Shown here in pieces: positions 18,325 to 27,889 of a DNA stretch of 64,000 nucleotides. The DNA is from an uncultured Bacteroides sp. (GTDB lineage Bacteria; Bacteroidota; Bacteroidia; Bacteroidales; GCA-2748055). The stretch lies in NCBI GenBank assembly GCA_964458155.1, contig CAYWGP010000199.1, forward strand, positions 11,894 to 75,893, read 5' to 3'. Under the pieces are notes generated by a model that saw nothing but the letters and a program-made list of their open reading frames with translations, did no database searches and had not been told where the DNA came from. The translations under genes were made by a program, and so were the position numbers. Each line of letters starts with the position of its first letter. The stretch's first letter is position 1.

Positions 18325-20093
18325 TTTGAACTTAATTGAAGTATTAATGATTGAAGTGGTTTTATATCGATTCTTGTTTTTGCCCTTCCTTCCTCTATCC
18401 CGAGTTCAAGTGTTTGTTCACTCAACTGGTCGTAAAGGGTGTAAGTTCCATCCTCTAAGCCCCAGGTAGAAATAAGATCTGCAGGAACCTGGAGATCAAA
18501 GCCAAAGGTAGCGTTTGAATCAAAATTTGCAACAATGAGCAGGTGCTCTTCTTCCTTCCAGCGCACGTAGGAGAAAACCCTGTCGTTATACCACCGGGTA
18601 TGCTCCCTGTTGTAGCTGTGGATCTCGCTGTATTCTCCCATCAGTGCCTTACTGTTTTTAGTGAAATTCAGAAGGGTGGAATAAAGGCTATGCAATTGTC
18701 TCTCCTCTTCTGAAAGGGCAGCACCGTCAAATTTTCCATTGTTCATCCAGCGCTGGTGATGCGGAACTCCAATATAATCGTATATGGATGTTCTGGTTGG
18801 AGCGCCAAATCCGGGCTCCTCGGCAGCGGGTTCACCCACATCCTGACCAAAGAAGAGCATGGTGGGGGAAGATCCGATGGTGGCAGAAACTACCATGGCA
18901 GGCATCCCTTTTAGTGGGTCACCTGCAAAATCCGGACTGGCAATACGCTGTTCATCATGGTTCTCCAGGAAGTGAAGCATATGATGCTCAATGTCGGCCA
19001 GATCATTCTGGATCTGCACAATGGCATCAGTACTTCCATGTCCCTGCATAATGCTTTTCAGACTGTCGTAAAGCTGGACCTTATCGTAGAGGTAGTCCAT
19101 TTTTCCCTTGCAGATATAGTCCCTGTAAATTTGAGGCTGATAGATCTCTGCCAGCAGGAAGGCCTCGGGACTGGCCATTTTAATGGCAGAGTTCATATAG
19201 CTCCAGAATTCTACAGGTACCATTTCGGCCATGTCGTAGCGGAAGCCATCTATTCCTAAGTCCAGCCAGTATAAAGCTATATCCCTGAACTTCTTCCAGG
19301 AATCGGGCACCTCCTTATCTTTCCAAAAGTCGTAATGGGCCTGGCAGGATTCATTTTCATAGCCAGCCGGAAGGGTCTCAAAATCGTGTTTGCCATCCGG
19401 ATCCACACCAAAGTTAATCTTGACTGCCTCGTACCAGTCATTCATATCCGGCTGCGGACTCCGGGAACCATTGCCGGTCCATTTGGCCGGATTTTCATTG
19501 AAATGCCCATCGGCCCCGGGGTGATTCTCACCTCCCAGCACCTGGTATCCATCCCTCCATTGGGGCACCCTGAAGGGCTGGCCCGGGATGTAATAAAAGT
19601 TATTATCCTTCAGATACTCCCGGCTTATGTCATCGGATGCTCCAAAATCTGCCACCCCTTCAGGATTGGAAATGGAGTGGTAAACCCGGGCCACATGGTT
19701 GGGAACGATGTCGATGATTACCTTTAAGCCATGCTGGTGGGTACGCCCGATTAGTTCCTGGAACTCTTCCAGCCGCTTTGCCGGGTCCACAGCCAGGTCA
19801 GGATTTACGTTATAATAATCCTTGACGGAGTAGGGAGAACCGGCCCTTCCTTTGACCACATCAGGATCATCGCCGGGAATCCCGTACTGGCTGTAATCGG
19901 TGACCATAGCATGGTGCAGGACCCCGGTGTACCAGATATGGGTTATACCCAGGGCCTTGATGGCCTCAAGTGCCTCGTCGGTGAAGTCATTGAATTTCCC
20001 CACGCCATTTTCCTCAGGGGTTCCCCATACTTTGTTATTTGTTTCAGTATTCCCAAACAGGCGGGTAAACACCTGGTAAACATTGATTTTCAT
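18321..20093 (-). CDS. Alpha-amylase family glycoside hydrolase (GH13)
   Basis: It has the four GH13 conserved regions: DIVPNHVA, GFRYDMAEM, LLAEIY and FLENHDEQR. There is no signal peptide on this ORF as called (see the mini-ORF immediately upstream, in frame). Confidence 0.9.
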   Translation of the reverse strand: MKINVYQVFTRLFGNTETNNKVWGTPEENGVGKFNDFTDEALEAIKALGITHIWYTGVLHHAMVTDYSQYGIPGDDPDVVKGRAGSPYSVKDYYNVNPDLAVDPAKRLEEFQELIGRTHQHGLKVIIDIVPNHVARVYHSISNPEGVADFGASDDISREYLKDNNFYYIPGQPFRVPQWRDGYQVLGGENHPGADGHFNENPAKWTGNGSRSPQPDMNDWYEAVKINFGVDPDGKHDFETLPAGYENESCQAHYDFWKDKEVPDSWKKFRDIALYWLDLGIDGFRYDMAEMVPVEFWSYMNSAIKMASPEAFLLAEIYQPQIYRDYICKGKMDYLYDKVQLYDSLKSIMQGHGSTDAIVQIQNDLADIEHHMLHFLENHDEQRIASPDFAGDPLKGMPAMVVSATIGSSPTMLFFGQDVGEPAAEEPGFGAPTRTSIYDYIGVPHHQRWMNNGKFDGAALSEEERQLHSLYSTLLNFTKNSKALMGEYSEIHSYNREHTRWYNDRVFSYVRWKEEEHLLIVANFDSNATFGFDLQVPADLISTWGLEDGTYTLYDQLSEQTLELGIEEGRAKTRIDIKPLQSLILQLSSK

Positions 20094-20189
20094 CTATTCT
20101 TGTTCTGGTTTATTTTCTACTTCCTGCCGGGGCCCGCATCCACTTAGCAAGAGGACCAGGCTCATACCTGCAATAAGGATCTTTTTCAT
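20094..20189 (-). CDS. 31-aa lipoprotein signal-peptide mini-ORF, in frame with GH13 and separated from it only by TAG
   Basis: This ORF is not in the track because it is under 60 aa. My hand translation is MKKILIAGMSLVLLLSGCGPRQEVENKPEQE*. It has a perfect lipobox (LSGC). Its ATG overlaps the TGA of the upstream membrane-protein gene (ATGA). Its TAG (20096-20094) is immediately followed by the GH13 ATG (20093) in the same frame. Confidence 0.35.
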   Translation of the reverse strand: MKKILIAGMSLVLLLSGCGPRQEVENKPEQE

Positions 20190-20536
20190 CCTGCTTCTTT
20201 TTCAATATGATATCTTTTTCGCAGTGATTTCCCCCTGAATACCAGTCCGGCACATGCTGTCAGTAAAGCAACTGTTAGCAGGATAATAGCCAGCCTTCCC
20301 CAATCCTCTCCAATGGCTTTCCTGACTTCGATGTATCCGAACATGGCTCGTATCCATTCAGCAGCCCCCAGCAGAAGCAGTACCTGGATGCTTCTGGCAA
20401 GCCATGCTTTCCTGATCAGGAGCAGAAATGGGATCAATAGACTCAGAATGACAAGTGGAAAAAGATTTGCCCTTGAAAAATGGGCAGCCAGCAGTCCAAA
20501 AGAGAGTATTACTGGGAGTAATCTAAGAATGTTCAT
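20186..20536 (-). CDS. Hypothetical integral membrane protein
   Basis: 116 aa with 3-4 hydrophobic helices. It starts 2 nt after the IMPase-family stop. Confidence 0.6.
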   Translation of the reverse strand: MNILRLLPVILSFGLLAAHFSRANLFPLVILSLLIPFLLLIRKAWLARSIQVLLLLGAAEWIRAMFGYIEVRKAIGEDWGRLAIILLTVALLTACAGLVFRGKSLRKRYHIEKEAG

Positions 20537-20538
20537 AA

Positions 20539-21342
20539 TTAAAGTGTTGTGCTTATTAAGAGCTCCTTATGCAATCCCGCTCCTGAAGCAAGAATCGTAT
20601 AGTTCTGATCTACTGCCCGGTCCGACAGGTCAAACCTGATTTCCTTCCCTTCAATGTCTGTTACTGTGCCCCCTCCTTCACGGATTAGCAGCCATGGAAC
20701 TCCGATGTCCCAGATTTTTGTGGTCTGATTGAGGGCTGCCCCCAGCCTGCCATCGGCAACATAGCAAAAATCAACCAGGGAATTTGTGGAACGGATGTTC
20801 CTGACTTTTTTTGAGAGCCTTTCCAGGATTCTCATTTCCTTTTCTGTTTTGCCCGGGATATCACTGAAATCAAAGGAGTAGGATACCAGTTGTTCAGAAA
20901 GATTTTCAGAAGTTGTGACGCAGATGGCTTCATCATCCCTGGTGGCTACTCCTCCGGATTCTGCCAGATAGAGCTTTTTATCTACCGGGAGATACATGCC
21001 GCCCAGTAAGGGGGTGTCATGCCGGAAAAGCGCAATGATCACCCCGAACCAGGGCAAACCGGCAGCAAAATTGGAGGTTCCGTCCAGGGGATCCACTACC
21101 CAGGTATATTCCGAATCCCGGTTCAGATAACCGCTTTCCTCGGTAATCACATTAAAAATTTCCGGAGCTTCAGAAAGCACTGACAGAATAGTTTCTTCCG
21201 AAGCCAGGTCCGCTTCTGTTACCACCGAGCTGATGCTCTCCTTGACCCTGGCATCCATGGTTCTGCCCAGAAAGCTCATCAGGGTTTCTCCACCCTTTTT
21301 TAAGGCTGATATCAGAGTCTCTCGGGCTAGCTCGGGAATCAT
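20539..21342 (-). CDS. Inositol monophosphatase family protein
   Basis: It has the IMPase motifs TEESG...WVVDPLDGTSNF and the C-terminal W.D.GA-like motif WDIGVPWLLIREGGG. Confidence 0.85.
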   Translation of the reverse strand: MIPELARETLISALKKGGETLMSFLGRTMDARVKESISSVVTEADLASEETILSVLSEAPEIFNVITEESGYLNRDSEYTWVVDPLDGTSNFAAGLPWFGVIIALFRHDTPLLGGMYLPVDKKLYLAESGGVATRDDEAICVTTSENLSEQLVSYSFDFSDIPGKTEKEMRILERLSKKVRNIRSTNSLVDFCYVADGRLGAALNQTTKIWDIGVPWLLIREGGGTVTDIEGKEIRFDLSDRAVDQNYTILASGAGLHKELLISTTL

Positions 21343-21459
21343 GGTCTAAATTTAGTAAAACCTCTCATCTGGTATTCTCAATTTGTTGAGTAAATTTACT
21401 CAATGCATGGGGTATTTCAGCCATAGCAGGATAAGAGACATCTAATCAGTCGTATACAA

Positions 21460-22422
21460 ATGGAGAAAGAGATAAACATTGCCACAGCCCAGTTTCAAAC
21501 CCGGAAAGGGGATAAAGGGTACAACCTTGGCCGGATTGAAACACTGACGGCTGAAGCTGCCGCAAAGGGGGCACAGATAGTGAGTTTTCACGAGTTATGC
21601 ATTTGCTCATACAGTTTTTTAAAGGATCTTGACAGGAGCGAAATTTTCGATCTGGCAGAGGAGGTCCCTTCGGGTGAGAGTACCAGGGAATTAATCCGTA
21701 TAGCAGGACAATACAAGGTGGCCCTGCTGGCGGGACTGGTGGAGAGGGAGGGAGACAAGATTTACAATACCTATGTGTGTGTCACCGGCGATGGCTTTGT
21801 AGCAAAATTCAGGAAACTGCACCCCTTTATCAGTCCCTACCTTTCTGCGGGAGATCAGTATGTGGTATTTGAGCTACTGGGTTGCCGCTGTGGTATCCTG
21901 ATCTGCTACGATAACAATGTGATTGAGAATGTCAGGGCCACCGCTTTGCTCGGTGCAGAGATTATCTTCATGCCCCATGTGACCGGTTGCACACCATCAC
22001 CTATGCCCGGAAGGGGATGGGTGGAGCAAAAATACTGGGAAAACCGGGCCAGTGATCCCGATGCACTCAGGGCCGAATTTGAAGGGCCCAAGGGGAGGGG
22101 ATGGCTTATGCACTGGCTTCCTGCCCGTGCATACGACAATGGGATTTATGCCATATTTTCAAATCCCATTGGTCCCGATGGAGATCAGCTGAAGAACGGC
22201 AATTCCATGATCCTGGATCCCTATGGTGAGATCCTGGCCGAATGCCGCTCCATGGACGATGAAGTAGTTGTGGCAAAGTGCACCGCCGGTAAGCTGGTAC
22301 TGGCCGGGGGACACCGCTACAGGAAAGCCAGAAGACCTGAACTATACGGGGATATACTGGGGGCCAGCCATGAATCACTTTTAAAAGTTGAATGGATGAA
22401 GTCCGGTAATACTAAAGCCTAG
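21460..22422 (+). CDS. Carbon-nitrogen hydrolase (nitrilase superfamily)
   Basis: The Glu-Lys-Cys triad contexts are present: VSFHELC, FRKLHPF and CGILICYDN. Confidence 0.85.
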   Translation: MEKEINIATAQFQTRKGDKGYNLGRIETLTAEAAAKGAQIVSFHELCICSYSFLKDLDRSEIFDLAEEVPSGESTRELIRIAGQYKVALLAGLVEREGDKIYNTYVCVTGDGFVAKFRKLHPFISPYLSAGDQYVVFELLGCRCGILICYDNNVIENVRATALLGAEIIFMPHVTGCTPSPMPGRGWVEQKYWENRASDPDALRAEFEGPKGRGWLMHWLPARAYDNGIYAIFSNPIGPDGDQLKNGNSMILDPYGEILAECRSMDDEVVVAKCTAGKLVLAGGHRYRKARRPELYGDILGASHESLLKVEWMKSGNTKA

Positions 22423-23780
22423 ATGAAGAGGCTGGCCAGCATGGTGAAGGCCAGTCCGCAAATAGCGATAATCGATTCCATCATGGTCCAGGACCGGAGG
22501 GTTTGTTTTTCGTCCATTCCGAAATACTTGCTTACCAGCCAGAATCCACTATCGTTTACATGAGAAAGAAGGGTGGCCCCCGATGCAATGGAGATAACAA
22601 TAAGGGCCAGTTCAGGGTCGCTGGGATTAATAAAACTGAGCACAGGAGCCATAATCCCTGCAGCAGTGATCATGGCAACAGTGGCCGATCCCTGGGTGAC
22701 CCTTACGATGGCTGCCAGGATCCATGCCAGAAGAATGGGTGGAAGAGCAGAGTCTGAGATGGATTGTGCCATCATCTCACCAATGCCGCTGTCAACCAGA
22801 ATTTGCTTTAATACACCACCGGCACCTGTAACCAGGATAATAATCCCGGCAGGTCCCAGGGCCTTATTGCTCAGGTCGAGAAGTTCCTGTCTGGATTTTC
22901 CTCTGCGGATCCCAAGGAAATATACAGCCAGCAGGGCTGCAATAATCAGTGCACTAAAGGGATGCCCAAGGAATATCAGGACATCGGAAAACACAGTTTT
23001 CGCAATAATTCCCTTATCTACCAGCACCGAGGTAAAGGTGTTCACCAGAATTAATACAAGCGGTACAGCAATTAACAGGGCAATGGACCGGAAAGAAGGC
23101 AGGTCCTCTTTTGAAGAGGAGCCGGAATCATATGATTGCATCATATCCTCCGGGGGCTGGATGTTGATTTTACCTGATATGTACTTACCAAAAACGGGAC
23201 CCGCGATAATGGCAGTGGGGATACCCAGTATGAAGCCAAAAAAGATTACCCATCCAAGCTGAGCCTCAAGAATGTCGGCCACTGCAATAGGACCGGGGGT
23301 AGGTGGCATAAAGCTGTGAGTTACGGCAAGGCCCGCAAGCAGGGGTATCCCATAGTAGAGGAGCGATCTCTTTGTATCCCTCGAAAGGGCATACAGGATG
23401 GGAGCCAGGATGACCAGGCCCACATCCAGAAAGACCGGAATAGCCACAATGAAGCCTGTTAGCACCATGGCCCAGGATGCTTTGTCAACACCGAACTTTT
23501 TGACCAGGTGATGGGCCAGGGATTCAGCTCCTCCCGAGCTTTCAAGAATCTGCCCGAATATGGCTCCCAGTCCCACAACCACTGCGACGAAACCCAGTGT
23601 TCCACCCATTCCCTCCTGAATGCTTGCCATAATGTCCTGCAAAGGCATACCGGAAAGAATACCAACCAGCATGGAGCTGACAAGAAGGGAAATAAAGGCA
23701 CTGATCTTGAATTTCAGTACCATGATCAGCAGAAGGGATACTCCTGCAATAACGGTAATCAGGATATGAGCTGTGGACAT
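22419..23780 (-). CDS. GntP family permease (gluconate:H+ symporter-like)
   Basis: 453 aa and polytopic. The N-terminal and central segments are typical of GntP transporters as I remember them. It is convergent with the nitrilase gene, with a 4-nt overlap. Confidence 0.85.
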   Translation of the reverse strand: MSTAHILITVIAGVSLLLIMVLKFKISAFISLLVSSMLVGILSGMPLQDIMASIQEGMGGTLGFVAVVVGLGAIFGQILESSGGAESLAHHLVKKFGVDKASWAMVLTGFIVAIPVFLDVGLVILAPILYALSRDTKRSLLYYGIPLLAGLAVTHSFMPPTPGPIAVADILEAQLGWVIFFGFILGIPTAIIAGPVFGKYISGKINIQPPEDMMQSYDSGSSSKEDLPSFRSIALLIAVPLVLILVNTFTSVLVDKGIIAKTVFSDVLIFLGHPFSALIIAALLAVYFLGIRRGKSRQELLDLSNKALGPAGIIILVTGAGGVLKQILVDSGIGEMMAQSISDSALPPILLAWILAAIVRVTQGSATVAMITAAGIMAPVLSFINPSDPELALIVISIASGATLLSHVNDSGFWLVSKYFGMDEKQTLRSWTMMESIIAICGLAFTMLASLFI

Positions 23781-23855
23781 AGTGTAGTTATATTGGCAAG
23801 ATGAAAGTGTTTATATTCCAGGAGAGTGTTTCGTAAAGACATGAGGAACAAACAT

Positions 23856-23870
23856 ATTGAATTTTTCAAT
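23856..23870. promoter_or_regulatory. 15-nt AT-rich palindrome ATTGAA-TTT-TTCAAT in the gntP/ROK divergent intergenic region (candidate operator)
   Basis: The 6-bp arms are perfect. It lies 93 nt upstream of the ROK start and 76 nt upstream of the gntP start. ROK/NagC-type operators are AT-rich palindromes. This is purely positional inference. Confidence 0.2.
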
Positions 23871-23962
23871 CATTTCGAAGGCCATTGTGCTTCCATTTCG
23901 CATGAGATATTTGTAAAACTGGAATAAAGAAACTATCTTTCACAATGTAAGAAAGTAATATT

Positions 23963-25216
23963 TTGGATTCAAAAATAAATGAAACAGATACCAGTTTACC
24001 CAAGGGTAATGCGGTATACATTAACAGGTTAAATAAAATCAAGGTCCTGGGCCTGATCAGGGAGCGGGGAACCATCTCCAGGGCAGAGATCGTGGAGATT
24101 ACCGGACTCAGCGCTCCCACGGTATCCCGTATAGTAAAAGGGCTTAGCAAGGAAGAAAAGCTTATCGAATCAGTAGGAATGGGTGACTCAAGCGGCGGAA
24201 GGCCTCCGGTGATGTTAAAATTCAGGGGGGAGCAATCCTATGTAATCGGCATTGACCTGGGGGCAACCACCACCCGGGGGGTATTGTCGGATCTGAATGG
24301 AGAATTTATTGAGGAGATCGAGTTTCCTACAAGGCTGAGTGAGGGTTTTGAACAAATTGTGGGAGATGTGGCCTGGCTAATCCAGAAGCTTTCAGGGAGC
24401 AGCAGAAAAGTGGCTTCGGCAAGGATTTTCGGAGTTGGTATCGCGGTGGCCGGACTCGTGGATCATCAGAAGAAAAGGATTGAGTATTCCCCTGATTTTA
24501 AGTGGCATCAGGTGGATATTGCCGGGGCACTGAGGGAGAAGGTCGACCTTCCCATTATATTCGATAATGTGACGCGGCTGATGGCCCTGGGAGGGCTCAG
24601 TTATGGCAAAGGAATGAAATCCAGGGACTTCATTTGCATAAATGTGGGCTATGGCATTGGCGCAGGCGTTATCGTTAATGGGGAATTGCTGACAGGCACC
24701 CGCGGATTTGCAGGCGAATTCGGTCACATTACCATGGACAGGAATAGCAGGATACAGTGCAGTTGTGAGAAATATGGCTGCCTGGAGGCCCTTGCTTCCG
24801 GGAGGGCCATTGCTCAGGCTGCACAAAGACAACTTTCAGAAGGCAGGGAAAGCCTGCTGACAGAAATGTGCCGGGGAAATATCGATAGTGTTACTGCAAA
24901 AATAGTGGCGGAAACAGCAAGACAGGGGGATGCCCTGGCACTAAAAGTTTTCAATGAAGCCTCTGAATATCTTGGAATTGGAATAGCAAGCCTGATCAAT
25001 CTCTTCAACCCTGAAATGGTCCTGATTGGAGGAGGTGTTTCACTGGCCGGGGATATCTTTTTTGATAACATCAGGAAGGTGGTGGATCAGCATGTGATGC
25101 AATCCAGTGGAAGAGATTTACAAATACTCCCCATGGCATTTGGTGAAAATGCTGCACTGATGGGTGCTTTTGCACTGGTCCTTAACCGGGTTCTGAACCT
25201 GAGTCTTGTAACTTAA
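23963..25216 (+). CDS. ROK family transcriptional regulator (NagC/XylR-like)
   Basis: It has an N-terminal winged HTH (ISRAEIVEITGLSAPTVSRIVKGL) and the ROK zinc motif GHITMDRNSRIQCSCEKYGCLEALASG. The start is a TTG per the track, with no nearby in-frame ATG. It ends 11 nt before P1. Confidence 0.85.
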   Translation: MDSKINETDTSLPKGNAVYINRLNKIKVLGLIRERGTISRAEIVEITGLSAPTVSRIVKGLSKEEKLIESVGMGDSSGGRPPVMLKFRGEQSYVIGIDLGATTTRGVLSDLNGEFIEEIEFPTRLSEGFEQIVGDVAWLIQKLSGSSRKVASARIFGVGIAVAGLVDHQKKRIEYSPDFKWHQVDIAGALREKVDLPIIFDNVTRLMALGGLSYGKGMKSRDFICINVGYGIGAGVIVNGELLTGTRGFAGEFGHITMDRNSRIQCSCEKYGCLEALASGRAIAQAAQRQLSEGRESLLTEMCRGNIDSVTAKIVAETARQGDALALKVFNEASEYLGIGIASLINLFNPEMVLIGGGVSLAGDIFFDNIRKVVDQHVMQSSGRDLQILPMAFGENAALMGAFALVLNRVLNLSLVT

Positions 25217-25227
25217 ACAGTGTACCT

Positions 25228-27843
25228 ATGAATAAACCAACGAAACGAGCCAGGTACCTTGTCCCACTTCTGTCACTCCTTATTATATGCATGGCAGCAT
25301 GTAAGAGGGCGGGGAGTCAAGCTTGCGATTTTGCAGCCTATTATACAAGCTATGGTCAGCCCGATGAAATTACCGGGCCCTTTGCAGATGTGGTCGTCCG
25401 CTTCCCGGATGGCAAGAAACTTGTGTTTTCACGGGAAAGCAGTTATCTGCCCCTGCTGGAATACGGGGATGAAAGGTGGTTTTTTGAGGAGATCATCCCC
25501 CGCTCAGGGGACGGAGATGCAGTACAGCCCGACCGGCATAATAAATACAGTTATGTCCGGATCATTGAAAGCAAGGAGGAGGAAGTGCTGATACACTGGC
25601 GATATGTCTCTGATTTTGCCCAGCCTGGTTTTGCAGGGATCGTGCATGAGTATTATGTGGTCAGTCCCGATGGATTGGTGAGCCGTACCATACAGCCCGG
25701 CCAGGAGAAACTCCCCGATTTTACGGACCCTGGAAATACCTATACCGAAAAACTGAAGCTGAAGCATAACGGGATCCGGCAACTTTCTTTTCAGGAACCG
25801 GTTCCGGCGACAGCCGGTCTTCCTGCCATACAGGGTGTGCCCGTTATCTCGAAAGTGGACCTGCCTGATCCGGTCCTGCAGTGGTCCTTCGATGAAGGGA
25901 TATCCGAACGTGAACTCAGTCAACGCGACATATGCAGGGAAAGCAAGACAGGAACCATATGCAAGGTGGATGGGAACATTACCCTCTGGAAACCCGGTGT
26001 ATCGGGTTCAGCCCTGGCATTTGACGGCTATCACTCCAAAGTAACATTTGAGAATGCAGAACCGGCAGAGGAAGATGCCTCCTTTACCCTTGAGGCATGG
26101 GTGGCTCTGGGAGCCTATCCCTGGAAAGAGGGTGCGATCATGGATATCAGCGATGAGGATGGAGGCGTTTACATGGGAATCTCAGACCTGGGACAGCTTG
26201 TATTTATGGTCCAGGGTGGAGAAGAGTTCCATAGCCTCCGATCCGAAAAAGAGATTGAGCTTTATAAGTGGGCCCATGTGGCAGCCAGCTATAACAAGGA
26301 GTTGAACGAGCTTATCCTCTATATTGACGGAGAGGAAGAGGGAAGGAAATCCATGCAAGGGGATGTCCCCAGGCTGGTCGTTACCGATATAGTGATCGGA
26401 TTAAACAAAAAGCCCGAAGGCACCACGCAGCATGTTTCCAGGGACTATCCGCCTGAAATACGCACGCCCAAGGGCAACCAACCCATGATTTATGGAATCG
26501 AAGGCCTGATAGACGAGGCCGCCATTTACTTCGGGGCACTTGATGAACATATTCTCAGAGAAGCCTGTGCAAAAGCAGCAGGAAACCAGGTAGATCTCTC
26601 CGTTCCGGCTCTTGAACCCAGGGTGCTCCCCGGGATGGTAGACGGCGAAACCGCAGATCGGTTCGGAGCGACTTACACCACGCTACCATACCATGATTTG
26701 TGGGACGTGTTGTGGCGCACCAGTCCATGGCCCGATGTGGTGGTGCGTTTCGACCAGCTCCCCTGTAAGGTCGTATTCTGGAGAGGGCCCAATTATGGTG
26801 CAGGATGGGTCACAGAGAGCAACAGGTGGATGAGCGATCAGAGTGCAGAAATCATGTTGGAGCATGGTTGCTCAGAGCATATGGCCGATAAGCAGAACCG
26901 CTTTTCCCATATTAGGGTACTGGAGAATACCAATGCGCGGGTAGTAGTTCACTGGCGCTATGCCTCAGCAGATATCACATACGCCTTTGATAATTATCGC
27001 ACATGGACCGATGAATACTACTATATTTATCCCGATGGGATCGCAGTCAGGCACGTGAATTATCACGATGGTGAAGTAGGCTGGCAGGATGTGCAGTTTT
27101 TTGCACAGGCGGGTTCCACCCCGGAGGATCAGATCTACCTGCAGGCCCTGACGGTAGCCAACCTGGAGGGGGATATACATCAACTGGACTGGACGGACGG
27201 TGTTCCGGAAAACGAACTGGTAGATGCCTCCATATCGGTGATAAACTTCAAATCGGATTACAAAGTGCTTGTGATCTACCCTGATGGAAGCACCATAGGC
27301 ACCTGGGGTGAGATGGAGAGAGCTACACCCGAGACCCACTTTGCCGGACCCTGGAATCACTGGCCCGTGAGCCAGATGCCCAACGACGGGCGTTATGCAA
27401 TGCGCAGCGATAGGGTTACCCACAGTGCTCTTGGCGGGGCGAGTCCAAGGGAAATGGCCCTCTATGGATTTACCGATCAGGACATAAGTACCCTGGTACC
27501 CGTGGCAAAGTTCTGGAACTATCCTCCTGGGTTGAAAGTAGAGTCAGGTGTTGTTGACGAACGGTATGAAAAAGCTCAGAAAGCATATGTTATGACTGCC
27601 ACAGGAGCTGAAGTTTCACTGGTGGTTGAGGCCAGTAATAAATCACCCCTGAAGAATCCCTGTTTTGTAATTCGGAACTGGAACCGCGGAGAGGCTAACC
27701 TTACCATGGATGGCAGGGAACCTGGCCCATCAGATGATTTTAGGTACGGGTTAGTACCCACAGAAACCGGGTGTGACCTCGTTGCCTGGATTCAGACAGA
27801 AGTGAGCCAGGCTGTCACCATTCTCATTAGTGCTAAAAATTGA
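25228..27843 (+). CDS. Exported LamG-containing protein of unassigned family, paralog P1 (871 aa, lipoprotein)
   Basis: It has a lipobox (LIICMAAC) and a central LamG-like block (ALAFDGYHSKV...LEAWVALGAYPW...WAHVAASY...LYIDGEE...GLIDEAAIY). The C-terminal region carries VVVRFDQLPCKVVFWRG, GCSEHMADKQ, YYYIYPDG and WNHWPVSQMPNDGRYAMRSDRVTHSAL. It is homologous to ORFs 33373, 42084 and 47362. Confidence 0.85.
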   Translation: MNKPTKRARYLVPLLSLLIICMAACKRAGSQACDFAAYYTSYGQPDEITGPFADVVVRFPDGKKLVFSRESSYLPLLEYGDERWFFEEIIPRSGDGDAVQPDRHNKYSYVRIIESKEEEVLIHWRYVSDFAQPGFAGIVHEYYVVSPDGLVSRTIQPGQEKLPDFTDPGNTYTEKLKLKHNGIRQLSFQEPVPATAGLPAIQGVPVISKVDLPDPVLQWSFDEGISERELSQRDICRESKTGTICKVDGNITLWKPGVSGSALAFDGYHSKVTFENAEPAEEDASFTLEAWVALGAYPWKEGAIMDISDEDGGVYMGISDLGQLVFMVQGGEEFHSLRSEKEIELYKWAHVAASYNKELNELILYIDGEEEGRKSMQGDVPRLVVTDIVIGLNKKPEGTTQHVSRDYPPEIRTPKGNQPMIYGIEGLIDEAAIYFGALDEHILREACAKAAGNQVDLSVPALEPRVLPGMVDGETADRFGATYTTLPYHDLWDVLWRTSPWPDVVVRFDQLPCKVVFWRGPNYGAGWVTESNRWMSDQSAEIMLEHGCSEHMADKQNRFSHIRVLENTNARVVVHWRYASADITYAFDNYRTWTDEYYYIYPDGIAVRHVNYHDGEVGWQDVQFFAQAGSTPEDQIYLQALTVANLEGDIHQLDWTDGVPENELVDASISVINFKSDYKVLVIYPDGSTIGTWGEMERATPETHFAGPWNHWPVSQMPNDGRYAMRSDRVTHSALGGASPREMALYGFTDQDISTLVPVAKFWNYPPGLKVESGVVDERYEKAQKAYVMTATGAEVSLVVEASNKSPLKNPCFVIRNWNRGEANLTMDGREPGPSDDFRYGLVPTETGCDLVAWIQTEVSQAVTILISAKN

Positions 27844-27889
27844 ACCTTAACACCATCCGAAAATCAAGTATAACCAATAAACACATTCT

